The notes: generated by a model from the letters alone, not told the origin. Shown: positions 8,230 through 19,213, counted from the first letter of the stretch. The stretch: DNA of 64,000 bases from Methanobacteriota archaeon (GCA_020697715.1 JAEHCO010000001.1:160001-224000), one strand, 5' to 3'. Numbers and translations are program-made.

Positions 8230-11031
8230 TTGATGAGCCAAACTCTGAAATGTCAAATTTGGGCAGGGATGGGATGTCCAATGACACATAGTAATTCTAA
8301 TCGAAAGAAAGCAGTAGAGCAAGGGCTCTCTGAAAATCGCAAATGGCACGCTATTTCTACTGAAGAAATAATGTCTGCCCTGAAAACTGGAACCTCTGGC
8401 ATAAGTGAAAAAGAGTTGGAAGAGCGACGAGCTACTTATGGCTATAATGAAATGACTGGCAAGAAAAAAGATGGAATTCTTATATCCATCTTCCATCAAA
8501 TTCATTCACTTCTTATCTATATTCTATTATTATCGGCCGTGGTCACTGCACTTCTCGACCATTGGATCGACACCGCCGTTATATTGGCCGTGGTACTGGC
8601 CAATGTAATAATCGGACTCACACAGGAAAGAAAAGCAGGCAAGGCCATAGACGCCCTGGACAAGATGATCGTGTCAGAATGTACGGTCGTTCGTGATGGG
8701 CAGAGAAAAGTGATCCCATCCAAAGAGGTCGTTCCCGGAGATATCGTCCTCATGGAATCAGGGGATAAAGTACCAGCTGATATAAGGCTGGTATATTCCA
8801 AAGGCCTGCAGATCGATGAGGCCATGCTTACAGGAGAATCCGTACCCTCTGAAAAGATCACTGAAAACCTGGCAGACGATATATGCTCTGCCGGAGACAT
8901 GAAGAACATGGCCTTCGCCGGCACACTGGTCACCTATGGAAGAGGCAGAGGCGTCGTTGTGTCCACTGCCAATAATACTCAGATCAGCAGGATATCCGCG
9001 TGTATGAGGGAAGCTGAGGAAACCCAAACACCACTGCAGAGGAAGATATCGTCTTTCGCTGTTTATCTATCTGGAACTGTGGCCATCCTGGCAATATTGA
9101 CCTTTTTTGGTGGTCTTCTAGCTGGTCAAGAACCAGTCTTCATATTCCTTGCTTCAGTCTCGATCGCAGTCGCTGCGATACCTGAAGGATTGCCAGCCCT
9201 CGTGACCATCGCCCTGGCTCTCAGTGTAAGAAGGATGGCCGATGAAAAGGCCATTATCAGAAATCTACCCTCAGTGGAGACATTGGGAAGCACCACGATG
9301 ATATGCTCGGACAAGACCGGGACCCTTACAATGAACCAGATGACCGTGACCCGGATCTTCGCAGGCGATAAGAAATATGATGTCACTGGCCATGGTTATT
9401 CCATCAATGGGGAATTTCGCTCTGATGATGAGGTCATCATGCCAAAGGAACAGCCCGCACTTATGAGAACACTGATAGCTGGAGCTGTATGCAATGATGC
9501 ATCCCTGAAGGATGATAATGATATAATTGGTGATCCCACAGAAGGAGCTCTTCTTGTCTCTGCTGCCAAAGGCGATCTTTACCTTCATCTCCCAAGACTC
9601 GATGAGATACCATTCGAATCCGAGACCCAGTGCATGGCGACATTGGACAAGAAGGGCGATAAGAAAATTATATATCTAAAGGGGAGCACGGAGAAGATCA
9701 TCACAATGTGTAGCAAAGCCCTGTCCAGTGATGGAAATATTGTTGATATCGACAGAGAAATGATACAGGCACAGGCAAATGATATGGCCTCCTCCGCTCT
9801 CAGGGTTATCGCGATTGCTGAGAAAGAAATTAGCTCGGATCAAGAAACTATAGATACTAGTGATCTCAAAGACCTTGTTTTCCTCGGATTGCAGGGTATG
9901 ATCGATCCACCAAGGCCAGAGGCCATCGAGGCCATCAAACGTTGCCAGGGAGCCAGCATAAGGGTGGTGATGATAACTGGAGATCATGCGGTCACAGCAG
10001 GAGCGATAGCGGCCAAGCTGGGTATCGCACAGAAGGGTATCAAGATCGTGACTGGAAACATGCTGGAAGCAATGGATGATGATGAACTCTATGATATCGT
10101 CGAGCATCAGCCAGTATATGCACGCGCTTCACCCATACACAAATACAGGATAGTTCAGCAATTGCAGAAGCATAATGAAGTCATCGCAGTTACGGGAGAT
10201 GGTGTGAATGACGCACCTGCATTGAAGGCAGCGGACATCGGCATATCAATGGGGATCATGGGAACCGATGTTACCAAAGAAGCATCGGACATGATACTGG
10301 CTGATGATAATTTCGCCACTATCGTGAATGCTGTGGAGGAAGGAAGGCATATGTACAATAATCTTCAGAAGATGCTCACTTTCTTAATTCCTACAAGCAT
10401 CGGGCAGGCCTCGGTGATAACCATAGCGATCCTCGCAGGTCTTGTCATCCCCCTCATGCCAGTTCATGTTCTATGGGTCAATCTAGTTACCTCGGTGACG
10501 TGTACTCTTCCACTTGCACTAGAGGGGAAGGAAAAAGGCATATTGCAACGTCCACCAAGGGATCCAAAGGCTCCACTTATCAGCAATCGTATGCTGGCTC
10601 GTGTGATCATGGTGTCCTCGATCATGATGCTGGGTGCTTTCATATCTTTCTATTCTGCCTTGAACTCCGGTGCTAGTGAGATGGAGGCCAGGACAGTGGC
10701 CATGACCTCGATAGTCATGATGGAAGTCATTTACATATTCTCATCGCGCTCATTCACCATACCTGCATTGAGCAAGAATTTCTTCAGCAACAGATCGATA
10801 TTCATTGGAGCTGGATTGACTATCCTACTTCAACTCGGTGTCGTGTACATTCCAGTGGTCAATTCCCTCTTCAAGACCGCACCTATCTCCATGGAGGGAT
10901 GGATGCCCATATTGGCAGCAGCCGGAGCATTGTTCACATTTGTTGAATTGGAGAAGATAGTGATGAGAAAATATAATACATATGCACATAATCACAAGCA
11001 TACGCAAGAACCTGATGTTAGCAAGGTATGA
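8230..11031 (+). CDS. Cation-transporting P-type ATPase (P2 type; start may be downstream, ~8281)
   Basis: TGES, PEGL, DKTGTLT, KGS, DPPR, TGD, GDGVND; ~10 TM. Confidence 0.95.
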   Translation: MMSQTLKCQIWAGMGCPMTHSNSNRKKAVEQGLSENRKWHAISTEEIMSALKTGTSGISEKELEERRATYGYNEMTGKKKDGILISIFHQIHSLLIYILLLSAVVTALLDHWIDTAVILAVVLANVIIGLTQERKAGKAIDALDKMIVSECTVVRDGQRKVIPSKEVVPGDIVLMESGDKVPADIRLVYSKGLQIDEAMLTGESVPSEKITENLADDICSAGDMKNMAFAGTLVTYGRGRGVVVSTANNTQISRISACMREAEETQTPLQRKISSFAVYLSGTVAILAILTFFGGLLAGQEPVFIFLASVSIAVAAIPEGLPALVTIALALSVRRMADEKAIIRNLPSVETLGSTTMICSDKTGTLTMNQMTVTRIFAGDKKYDVTGHGYSINGEFRSDDEVIMPKEQPALMRTLIAGAVCNDASLKDDNDIIGDPTEGALLVSAAKGDLYLHLPRLDEIPFESETQCMATLDKKGDKKIIYLKGSTEKIITMCSKALSSDGNIVDIDREMIQAQANDMASSALRVIAIAEKEISSDQETIDTSDLKDLVFLGLQGMIDPPRPEAIEAIKRCQGASIRVVMITGDHAVTAGAIAAKLGIAQKGIKIVTGNMLEAMDDDELYDIVEHQPVYARASPIHKYRIVQQLQKHNEVIAVTGDGVNDAPALKAADIGISMGIMGTDVTKEASDMILADDNFATIVNAVEEGRHMYNNLQKMLTFLIPTSIGQASVITIAILAGLVIPLMPVHVLWVNLVTSVTCTLPLALEGKEKGILQRPPRDPKAPLISNRMLARVIMVSSIMMLGAFISFYSALNSGASEMEARTVAMTSIVMMEVIYIFSSRSFTIPALSKNFFSNRSIFIGAGLTILLQLGVVYIPVVNSLFKTAPISMEGWMPILAAAGALFTFVELEKIVMRKYNTYAHNHKHTQEPDVSKV

Positions 11032-11092
11032 TGAGGTAATTCATGAACAGGAGCAATGGTGAATTGACAAAGATCAAGCAAGGTGCCTGAAA

Positions 11093-11605
11093 ATGTTGAA
11101 TCATTTCGTGAGAGGGATCATAGATGGACTTTTGTCCACTTTGGGTGTGGTGATAGGAGCTTCAGCCGCAGATAATGCGATAATCCTATCTGCTGGTATT
11201 GGTGGAGCAGTTGCGAATGGTGTGTCCAATTTCCTTGGTGCGTTCTCATCAGAAGAATACAAAAGCCAGCTACAGATACAGAAACTGGAAAATGCAATGT
11301 TGAGCAAGAGCATTGAGAACAGCCAGATTGGAAAAAGCATGAAAAAAGAGAGGATAAAAGCCGGATTCCTGGATGGGAGTTCCACGATAATAGGTGGCTT
11401 CATCCCCGTTATGCCATTCATCCTATTGGACCATGGGGAAGCCATACTTTGGTCCGTATTGTGTACTGTTCTCACCCTATTCGTCCTTGGTGCGTACATT
11501 GGAAAGGTATCGAAAAAATGGATATTGTTCTCTGGACTGAAATTGATGATCCTTGGAGTTCTAACAGCCTTGCTGGTGCATTTGATCCAACACTATCTGG
11601 TGTGA
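11093..11605 (+). CDS. VIT1/CCC1-family metal transporter (TIGR00267-like)
   Basis: GIIDGLLSTLGVVIGA, GAFSSEE, IPVMPF; ~5 TM. Confidence 0.8.
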   Translation: MLNHFVRGIIDGLLSTLGVVIGASAADNAIILSAGIGGAVANGVSNFLGAFSSEEYKSQLQIQKLENAMLSKSIENSQIGKSMKKERIKAGFLDGSSTIIGGFIPVMPFILLDHGEAILWSVLCTVLTLFVLGAYIGKVSKKWILFSGLKLMILGVLTALLVHLIQHYLV

Positions 11606-11667
11606 TCACTGTATTAGGGATTCAAAAACTCATGAATATATTTATTATGATCCAATAGTGGAAAACA

Positions 11668-13422
11668 TCACTTCTTCTTTGGTGGTGGTGATGTCTTGGC
11701 CTTCTGCGCCCTCTTCTCCAGAGGTGTCAATTCTCTTTTGGCTGAAGTTTTTGTTTTTGCAGTGGTCTTAACAACTGGTTTGGAAACAGGCTTGGAAACA
11801 GGCTTTTCAGATCTGGCAGGTGGTGGAGGCGGGGTCTTCTTTATGGGTTTGGATACAGGACTGGATGCTGTTTTCTTGACAGGTGTTGATGGTGGATGCA
11901 CTCTCACAACATCACCCTTGGGTTTCGCTTTCCTGGTCTCCTTCCACTTTTCCACATGCTCCTTGCCCTTGACATCCACTCCGGATGAGTGTTTCTTATA
12001 CATACGGGATTTTTCTGTCCAGTCTGTTTTTGGTTCGACCTCTACTTCATCTTCCTCATTCTTTGATTTTGATCTTTCGATGATGAATATCCCGATGGTC
12101 GTGGCAATAACAGTTATTACAATGAGCATGAAGGCCATATTGAGAAATAGATCCTCATACATGTATATGGATGAATAATAGGTCGTCCATTGATCCACTG
12201 GCAAGGGAGTTCCGGCAGGGGTCAATGATTCCTTGAACTCCGGTATTGTGAAGGGAAGAGCAGCTAAAACTGCTGCTGCCAGACCTCTTGGTATCATCGC
12301 ATACAGGAAGGATTTATCCTCTTTGATCTCCTTCTTTATGGTGGTGGTAACTGTCGCGCCTATGTATCGGACCAGGAACAGTCCCAGGAACACCACAGCC
12401 AGGGCGATGATGAACATGTACATTCCCACACCCCATATCCACTCCGGTATGATCAGGTCAACTGGATATTGAGGTAAGAAAGCTAGATCCGCGAAGTCAA
12501 GGCTCAGTGTGAAAGTAAGTCCAAGGTAGACGAAGAAAAAGGTCCTGATAACAAATGATACCTCTGAATGGAATTCCTTTATCTGGTCATCGAACACGAA
12601 GTCCACATTGAGCTTGAACATCCTCTTGAACTCATCCTTATTACTGAGCACTAGACCGAACACGAGAGCCGCTATAGCCCCACTGACATGGATGTATTCA
12701 ACGGCCGAATAAAGTATCAATAAGGCCGCGATGGTTATCATGAAGGAGAAAGGCTTCCCATGTACTTTTTTGAGTATCAGGAGCCAGGCCAGACCGAATA
12801 ATAAACCTATGAAACCAGCGAGTATGAAGGTACTCAGAAGGTCCTGTATCACATCACCAGCATTGGTCGCACCTCCCTTCAATATCTCGATAAGGATAAG
12901 GGCGGTCACTATGCATAGAACATCAGACAAGACCGATTCGAGAGACAGTATGGTTTTCGTATCCTCTTTGGCATTGACCCCCGCCATGATGGGAAGGACT
13001 ACCGCACTGCTTATTCCCCCGATCACACAGCCAAGAAGAAGACCGATCATGATGTCAGTTATGCCCAGCACGAAATAGCATATGATGGCCGTTGCGAACA
13101 TAGTGCCCATGAAACCTATGCCCGTGTGTAGGATCGTTATACCCAACTGGCTCATGACCTTGTCCAGGTTGAGATTCAATCCACCATCGAAAAGTATGAT
13201 CACAAGTGCTAGAGCGGCGAAATACGGGGCTATGGTGATCAAGTATGATTCGGGTATTAACTCCACATTATAACTCATCAGTATGGGTCCAAGGAACAAT
13301 CCAATGAATATCAAAATAAGAATATCTGGCACTTTTGTTCTTTCAAATAGCAGGGAACCTAAGAATCCTATACAGATTATTGCGCCGATACCTGCAAATG
13401 CAACTAAAACATTAAGAGCCAT
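11668..13422 (-). CDS. CPA1/NhaP-type cation:proton antiporter with Lys/Pro-rich tail
   Basis: ILFDGGL, LESVLSD, FFFVYLG, PRGLAAAVLA. Confidence 0.9.
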   Translation of the reverse strand: MALNVLVAFAGIGAIICIGFLGSLLFERTKVPDILILIFIGLFLGPILMSYNVELIPESYLITIAPYFAALALVIILFDGGLNLNLDKVMSQLGITILHTGIGFMGTMFATAIICYFVLGITDIMIGLLLGCVIGGISSAVVLPIMAGVNAKEDTKTILSLESVLSDVLCIVTALILIEILKGGATNAGDVIQDLLSTFILAGFIGLLFGLAWLLILKKVHGKPFSFMITIAALLILYSAVEYIHVSGAIAALVFGLVLSNKDEFKRMFKLNVDFVFDDQIKEFHSEVSFVIRTFFFVYLGLTFTLSLDFADLAFLPQYPVDLIIPEWIWGVGMYMFIIALAVVFLGLFLVRYIGATVTTTIKKEIKEDKSFLYAMIPRGLAAAVLAALPFTIPEFKESLTPAGTPLPVDQWTTYYSSIYMYEDLFLNMAFMLIVITVIATTIGIFIIERSKSKNEEDEVEVEPKTDWTEKSRMYKKHSSGVDVKGKEHVEKWKETRKAKPKGDVVRVHPPSTPVKKTASSPVSKPIKKTPPPPPARSEKPVSKPVSKPVVKTTAKTKTSAKRELTPLEKRAQKAKTSPPPKKK

Positions 13423-13521
13423 ATTCTTCCATTTTCGGAATAGTTCCCAGGTTATTTATACCTTATGTACGAACTTATGTACAATTGCATGTAAATATCT
13501 ATGATCGAATGAGATAGGTGA

Positions 13522-14349
13522 TCATTCATCATCGGCCATATCGTATAATCTGGCCAGTGCTTTCAGCATATCACCGCGCGTTTCCTTTATAGTTGGTCTA
13601 AACTGCCGAGCTACATCCAGTTCCGAAAGGTCAACATTTACTTCGATAATGTCTTCCTCGAACAATGGGCCTTTCGCTAGTACATTTCCTCTTGGTCCGA
13701 TCAGAGCATCGCCACCCCAGAAGACCATGTTCTTTTCAGTGCCCACCAGATTGGTGTAGGCAAAGAATATCGTATTCTCAATGGCTCGAGCTTCCATGAT
13801 CTTTTCGAAGAACTCGCGTGTGGCCGAGGGAGATGCGGATATACAGACCACCATATCCGCTCCTTTGAGAGCATAGTATTTGGTCAGCTCGGGGAAGAAG
13901 ATATCGAAACAAATGATGATGGCCACCTTGCCCACGGGTGTATTGAAAATGGGATATACTGGCCCTCCGGATGCGAAGTATGTCTCTTCCTCAAAGGGTC
14001 CGAAATTCACAAGGTGGGTCTTCCTTGTCATTGATACTGAACCATCAGGCAGAGCGATCAGGGCGGAATTGTACAGGATGCCCTGTTTTTCCATGTCGCG
14101 TTCCGGCATACCGACGATTATGGCTTTTTGCCTATCACTGGCCATTTGAGATATTGCTTTGACAGATGGCCCTTCGATGGTCTCGGAAAGGGTCATGACA
14201 TGATCCTTGATGGTGTATCCGGTCAGGAACATCTCGGGGAAGATCACAAGTTCTGCCTCGGTATTATTCAGAACTTCCTTTATTTTATTCAAATTGGCTT
14301 CCTTGTCACCCAGTTCCGGCCTTATTTGTGCCAGTGCTATCTTCTTCAT
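13522..14349 (-). CDS. Carbon-nitrogen hydrolase (nitrilase superfamily)
   Basis: FPEMFLTGY, RKTHL, ICFDIFFPE (E-K-C triad). Confidence 0.92.
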   Translation of the reverse strand: MKKIALAQIRPELGDKEANLNKIKEVLNNTEAELVIFPEMFLTGYTIKDHVMTLSETIEGPSVKAISQMASDRQKAIIVGMPERDMEKQGILYNSALIALPDGSVSMTRKTHLVNFGPFEEETYFASGGPVYPIFNTPVGKVAIIICFDIFFPELTKYYALKGADMVVCISASPSATREFFEKIMEARAIENTIFFAYTNLVGTEKNMVFWGGDALIGPRGNVLAKGPLFEEDIIEVNVDLSELDVARQFRPTIKETRGDMLKALARLYDMADDE

Positions 14350-15302
14350 GAGTCTAGTAATGCGATTTTCTTTATTATATCTTTGTCGATCTCGCCTCGC
14401 TCTCTGACCTTGACAGCATCCAGAAGCGCATTGTTGAACTTCGCCTCAATGCCCTTTTCCTGGCCCATACGGACTATTACGCCATTTATGTGGTCGATCT
14501 CCGTCCTCCGGGTCGCCTCGACATCCTGGAGCATGCTGGACCTGTTCTTCGCGGTCCTGCGGGCGATGTCCAAGGTCATATCGATAGTTCGATCCCTGAT
14601 AAGTTCCATGCCGATGGAATTAGCCACACTCACACCCTCAGATACGATCTTTTTCACCAGATCGACAAGCCCAGGATCTTCCAAAATAGCTCCATTGGGT
14701 TCTCCCAGCAATGCGGTGATGGGATTGATGGCTGAATTGACGATGGTCTTTGACCATATCTCCTTCCCGATATTCTCGGAAATTGAGGTGATTATCCCAC
14801 TGGCCGTGAAGATATCGGCCACTTTTTGTATATTTTCATGATCATCACATGACAGGTGGCCGATCACGGTGTCTCCAATACCACCGTGCCTTATCATACC
14901 AGGATCCAGCCTCGTGGCCCCATGGCTGGTGATGCCGCCAATTATATGCGTGTCCGGGACATGATCCTGTATGGTCTCCACATTGCCCAAGCCGTTCTGA
15001 AAGGTCATTATCCGAGTATCCGGGCCGATCACAGGAAGGCATTGTTTTATGGCTTCCTCGGTGTCATAGGCCTTGACAGCCAGTATCACGATATCTGGAA
15101 GACTGGTCTTTTCAATGGTCTCGATATCCATGATACATTTTGGCCAGGCATGAAGCAATGTAGCTCCCTCGATCTTGAGACCATTATCACGCATGGTCTC
15201 AATGTGCCTGCCTCTTCCGACAAGAGTCACCTGATGATGCTGAGATAGCAAGCCCCCGAACAAACTGCCCAGAGCTCCAGCTCCCATTATCATTATGTTC
15301 AC
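14346..15302 (-). CDS. panE: 2-dehydropantoate 2-reductase (ApbA/PanE)
   Basis: GAGALG, AVKAY, QNGLG, WSKTIVNSAINP, SSMLQD, TEIDHING. Confidence 0.93.
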   Translation of the reverse strand: MNIMIMGAGALGSLFGGLLSQHHQVTLVGRGRHIETMRDNGLKIEGATLLHAWPKCIMDIETIEKTSLPDIVILAVKAYDTEEAIKQCLPVIGPDTRIMTFQNGLGNVETIQDHVPDTHIIGGITSHGATRLDPGMIRHGGIGDTVIGHLSCDDHENIQKVADIFTASGIITSISENIGKEIWSKTIVNSAINPITALLGEPNGAILEDPGLVDLVKKIVSEGVSVANSIGMELIRDRTIDMTLDIARRTAKNRSSMLQDVEATRRTEIDHINGVIVRMGQEKGIEAKFNNALLDAVKVRERGEIDKDIIKKIALLDS

Positions 15303-15335
15303 TCGAAGGCCTCCATCGATATTGGCTCCTTTGAA

Positions 15336-16892
15336 CTAACCAGATACTGAAGGCACATCATCCTCATAGCCCTGCATGTGTACCACACGCTGTGGGAATG
15401 GGATGTCAATTCCTTCTTCGCAGTATCTTCTGAAGATCTCCTCTCTCATCTCGCCACCAACTCTCCATTGATCATCCAAGTGGAAGACCCAGGTGTAAAG
15501 TTTGAGGTTTATGGCTGAATCTCCAAATTCTACAAGTCTGACAAATGGTGCACTGCCTTCCTCCTGCATGACGTCCTTATGTGCAGTAGCCACTTCCAGC
15601 ATGATGGCCTTCGCCTTGTGGATATCGGCCTTGTAATCGATGCCGATGGTGACCTTGACCTTCATCTTGTTGTCTGGCTCAGTGAGGTTTATAACCTTCT
15701 CATTCGCGATCTTGCTGTTGGGCAAGATGATCATGTCATGATCGAAGGTATTGTAGAGCTTGGTACTCCTCATACCTATCTTTTCCACACGGCAGTAGTC
15801 GCCATTCTCCATTAGGACCAGATCGCCAACTTTGAAGGGGCGGTCCGTAAGCAGGAACATACCGGATATGAAATTGCCCAAGGTATCCTGAGCGGCAAAT
15901 GCGATTACCAAACCCATGATCCCCATTCCAGCTACCAGCACAGTTGGGTCTATACCGAATAGATTGAGGGCGGCGATCGTCGCACCTATGAAAATGAATA
16001 TCATCGCGGCCTTTTCCAGCAGAGGCAATGCGATATCATCTAAGTTGGTCTCACTCTTTTCAGCATAGGATTTACCCCATAGGAGCAGGACATCCTGGAA
16101 TACCTTGTAGGCCATCCAGGATATCAGTATTATCAAGAACAATCCATAGATCGTCTCGATATTGCTGACAAGGGAATATGATAGGTTCAGGACCTCCAAA
16201 GATGAGACCAAGCCATAAGCGGCTATCAGGTAAAATACGGGACCTTTTACAATGGCCAGTACCTGATCGTCGATCTCAGTCTCAGTTTTCTTGGTGAAGT
16301 GCTTGACGACCGGATCCAGAACAAAGAATATTGCCAATCCGACACATGCCCATATCAACACGGTCAGAAGAAAGACACCATACTCATTATCGAGAGGCTC
16401 TAAGGCTCCGAAATAATTATCGATGACACCAAAGGCCTTTGTCGGTGGTATGTAATTGCTGCCCGATATCGTGGTCGCTGTATCGCCAATATCTTTTGCC
16501 CAGGTCTCCTGGGTCGCCACATCGATAATAGTTGCAGTCACTGGGATCATATGATCGGGATAATCCCAAGAGTCTGGGGCAGTGACCGTTAGCTCCACTG
16601 TGAAATAACCATTCGATGGAAGTAAGATGTAGGTCTCGGTGAATTCCGCTGTCCATCCATATTCCTCATAGGGGTCTGTGAGCAATATCATGTGGTCCGA
16701 GCTACCATTGTTATACAAGACCCAGGTATAGGTCACGGAACTCTCAACATCCACTTGTTTATCGTACTCATCTATAGGGAATTGATGGATGTCCCCTTCC
16801 GCGGCCTGAGCCACTCCGGAGAATACTGGCATTACCAGTACGGCCATGATCAAAGTAAGCATCAATGCATAGGTCAATGTCCTAGTTTTCAT
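15336..16892 (-). CDS. mscS: MscS-family mechanosensitive channel with N-terminal extracellular beta-rich domain
   Basis: FAAQDTLGNFISG, DRPFKVGD, IGMRST, PNSKI, GIDIPFPQ; signal peptide. Confidence 0.9.
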   Translation of the reverse strand: MKTRTLTYALMLTLIMAVLVMPVFSGVAQAAEGDIHQFPIDEYDKQVDVESSVTYTWVLYNNGSSDHMILLTDPYEEYGWTAEFTETYILLPSNGYFTVELTVTAPDSWDYPDHMIPVTATIIDVATQETWAKDIGDTATTISGSNYIPPTKAFGVIDNYFGALEPLDNEYGVFLLTVLIWACVGLAIFFVLDPVVKHFTKKTETEIDDQVLAIVKGPVFYLIAAYGLVSSLEVLNLSYSLVSNIETIYGLFLIILISWMAYKVFQDVLLLWGKSYAEKSETNLDDIALPLLEKAAMIFIFIGATIAALNLFGIDPTVLVAGMGIMGLVIAFAAQDTLGNFISGMFLLTDRPFKVGDLVLMENGDYCRVEKIGMRSTKLYNTFDHDMIILPNSKIANEKVINLTEPDNKMKVKVTIGIDYKADIHKAKAIMLEVATAHKDVMQEEGSAPFVRLVEFGDSAINLKLYTWVFHLDDQWRVGGEMREEIFRRYCEEGIDIPFPQRVVHMQGYEDDVPSVSG

Positions 16893-17036
16893 TCTATTGC
16901 CTCCAATTTCATCTCTTGAATTGATATCTTCCTTATAAAGCTTGTTTTATATTCATCAATTACACAAAATTTATTTGCATAATTGATGGAGCTCGAAGGG
17001 TGTATTATTTAATGCAGTGACCCCATATAGATATAG

Positions 17037-18050
17037 ATGCTTGAAAGACCCATCATAGAGCACGATAAGCCAAAAGGAGTGTTCGAGGAAATGATAGATA
17101 CCTTCAAAAATCTATCATGGTATGCCTCTTTTCCACTGTATCTGGCTATGCTGATATTCAGTTGGATCTTGCTCATATACCTGACCCCAGGGGTCCTTGA
17201 TTGGGGAGGAAGTGGAGGATATGGCTGGGTGTCCATATCCATGATCCCAAGTGTGTTTTGGATCATAGAGGGTGCTTATTTCCAATTATGGTTCATGATC
17301 GTGATATCCATTGTGACCATGGCAATTCTTTACAGCCTGTATGGCGTGATCAAAGATATCAAAGGATCCAGATTAGGACCATATATTAAGGATATTGGAG
17401 ACCTGGACCTAATCTCCAGATTCTTCTTCGCCTCGCTCTTTTTCAAATTCGGATTTTTCATGCTGTTAGATCTGGCTGGCATCAGCCCCACCACTCCAGA
17501 TTTCGATTCTTGGCCAATAGAGCAATTGGTCTTCGGTCTCGTGAATGCGTCTGTGAATGAAGAGCTCGTATCAAGAGTGATGTTGATAGGTATTCCACTT
17601 ATGATCATGCATACATGGAACATAGGGCCAAGGATGATACGGTCAAGAGAGAAAAGTGAGTTCAGGGCCAAGTGCAAATTGCTATTGGGGGGCAATATCC
17701 CTATAAATCATCTATCCATAATACTGATCATATTCTCTTCCATCGTCTTTGCAGCAGCTCATATTGATAGCTGGGACATATACAAGTTCTTACCAACACT
17801 TGTGAGTGGCATGATGCTGGGATATCTCTATGTGAAAAGGGGATTGTTCACATCCATATTATTTCATTTTTCGACAAACTTCATATTCTTCTCTGCCCAA
17901 TTATGGGAAGGTGATCTGACCATTCTCATAATAGGATTGACGATGTTGTTATGGATGGTCGTTGGCGGATATCATATGGTCATGATCATCCGTGCGATAA
18001 TGGATTATTTGAAAAAAGCTATTACCAGAAATATACCTGGAATCGGATAA
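17037..18050 (+). CDS. CPBP (CAAX/Abi) intramembrane metalloprotease
   Basis: NEELVSR, FAAAH, HFSTN; multi-TM. Confidence 0.85.
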   Translation: MLERPIIEHDKPKGVFEEMIDTFKNLSWYASFPLYLAMLIFSWILLIYLTPGVLDWGGSGGYGWVSISMIPSVFWIIEGAYFQLWFMIVISIVTMAILYSLYGVIKDIKGSRLGPYIKDIGDLDLISRFFFASLFFKFGFFMLLDLAGISPTTPDFDSWPIEQLVFGLVNASVNEELVSRVMLIGIPLMIMHTWNIGPRMIRSREKSEFRAKCKLLLGGNIPINHLSIILIIFSSIVFAAAHIDSWDIYKFLPTLVSGMMLGYLYVKRGLFTSILFHFSTNFIFFSAQLWEGDLTILIIGLTMLLWMVVGGYHMVMIIRAIMDYLKKAITRNIPGIG

Positions 18051-18069
18051 TGCCCATCTGTATCGAGGC

Positions 18070-18819
18070 CTACAGGCTAAGTAAGTGATCTCGTCCCAAT
18101 ATCGCGTCTTCCAAAGAACGCGATTCAATTATGAAATTACCCTTGTAGCCTACCAATCCATCCATTATCATCTTGAAATCGATATTGCCAGCTCCCGGAG
18201 GCATGTGTTTGTCCTTGTCTCCGACATTGTCACTAAGATGAATATTTGAGAATTTGTCTTTCATATCAAGAAATTCGGGGATCTGGCGGCATATATTGGC
18301 ATGGCCGACATCGAAGCACATCTCGATGTCCAGGCCATTGACCATTTCCTGTAACTCCGATGCTTTGTGGCATATCGTGTATTTCATGGCTGGCATATTC
18401 TCCAGAGCCAGAACAGTTGTGAATTCCGCACAGCCTTTTGACAGGATCTCCAAGCTCTCACGAGTAAGCTTGGGTACTCGGTCTTTACCATACCACTGGA
18501 TCGGCCCCAGCTTACCAGGGTGGACGGTCACCACATCTATTCCAAGATCATTTGCCAGTTCCATTATTTCCATGATCACCCCTATGGAATAATTCCTCGT
18601 TCTCTCATCAAAGGCAGCCAGATTGATATCACTGAAAGGAGCGTGGATCTGGAACTTCATGGAGGTGGTCTCCATGGCCTCTCTCAAGGTCTTGTGGATA
18701 TCCGGTAAAAAATGATCCGCTTCCGAAACTATCTCCCATAGGTCGAAATGTGGCTCTATCGAATCCAATATCTCTTCAAAAGATCTGAGGGAGAATGAGG
18801 GACTTGATACACCTATCAT
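18070..18819 (-). CDS. Sugar phosphate isomerase/epimerase / AP endonuclease 2 TIM-barrel protein
   Basis: HAPFSDINL, VHPG, LENM, FDVGHA, IHLSDN, DKH; ATG at 18819 preferred. Confidence 0.88.
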   Translation of the reverse strand: MIGVSSPSFSLRSFEEILDSIEPHFDLWEIVSEADHFLPDIHKTLREAMETTSMKFQIHAPFSDINLAAFDERTRNYSIGVIMEIMELANDLGIDVVTVHPGKLGPIQWYGKDRVPKLTRESLEILSKGCAEFTTVLALENMPAMKYTICHKASELQEMVNGLDIEMCFDVGHANICRQIPEFLDMKDKFSNIHLSDNVGDKDKHMPPGAGNIDFKMIMDGLVGYKGNFIIESRSLEDAILGRDHLLSL

Positions 18820-18820
18820 T

Positions 18821-19213
18821 TCAATCCTCCAGATCCATTTTTTCCTTGTCCTTATTATTCGGAAGGATGGAATCCAGCAGCACATCCGGATCATCGACTT
18901 CGATGATCACCTTGATATCACCCAATACGGAATTCCCATCCGTGAAATTCACTTTCGAGACATAGGCCACTTGCTTGTTCAAAAAGAATTTGATCTTATT
19001 CTTGGACGAACCTTTGTGCATCACCTGCCTGGCCGTGTCCCTTATCCTCTGCTGGTTTATGAGTTTAAGAAAATTATCAATATCAGGTGTAGATCCATTT
19101 ATGCAACCCTCTTCTATCTCAAGGATCGCCTCAGGAAATATATTCATGATCGCCTGGGCGACCTTCTCGTGATCCTCGGTCTTGCCATATGGCGATGATA
19201 CAAGGCATTTCAT
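18821..19213 (-). CDS. UPF0201/DUF54-family putative RNA-binding protein
   Basis: TEDHEKVAQAIMNIFP, QRIRDTAR, LNKQVAYV. Confidence 0.85.
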   Translation of the reverse strand: MKCLVSSPYGKTEDHEKVAQAIMNIFPEAILEIEEGCINGSTPDIDNFLKLINQQRIRDTARQVMHKGSSKNKIKFFLNKQVAYVSKVNFTDGNSVLGDIKVIIEVDDPDVLLDSILPNNKDKEKMDLED

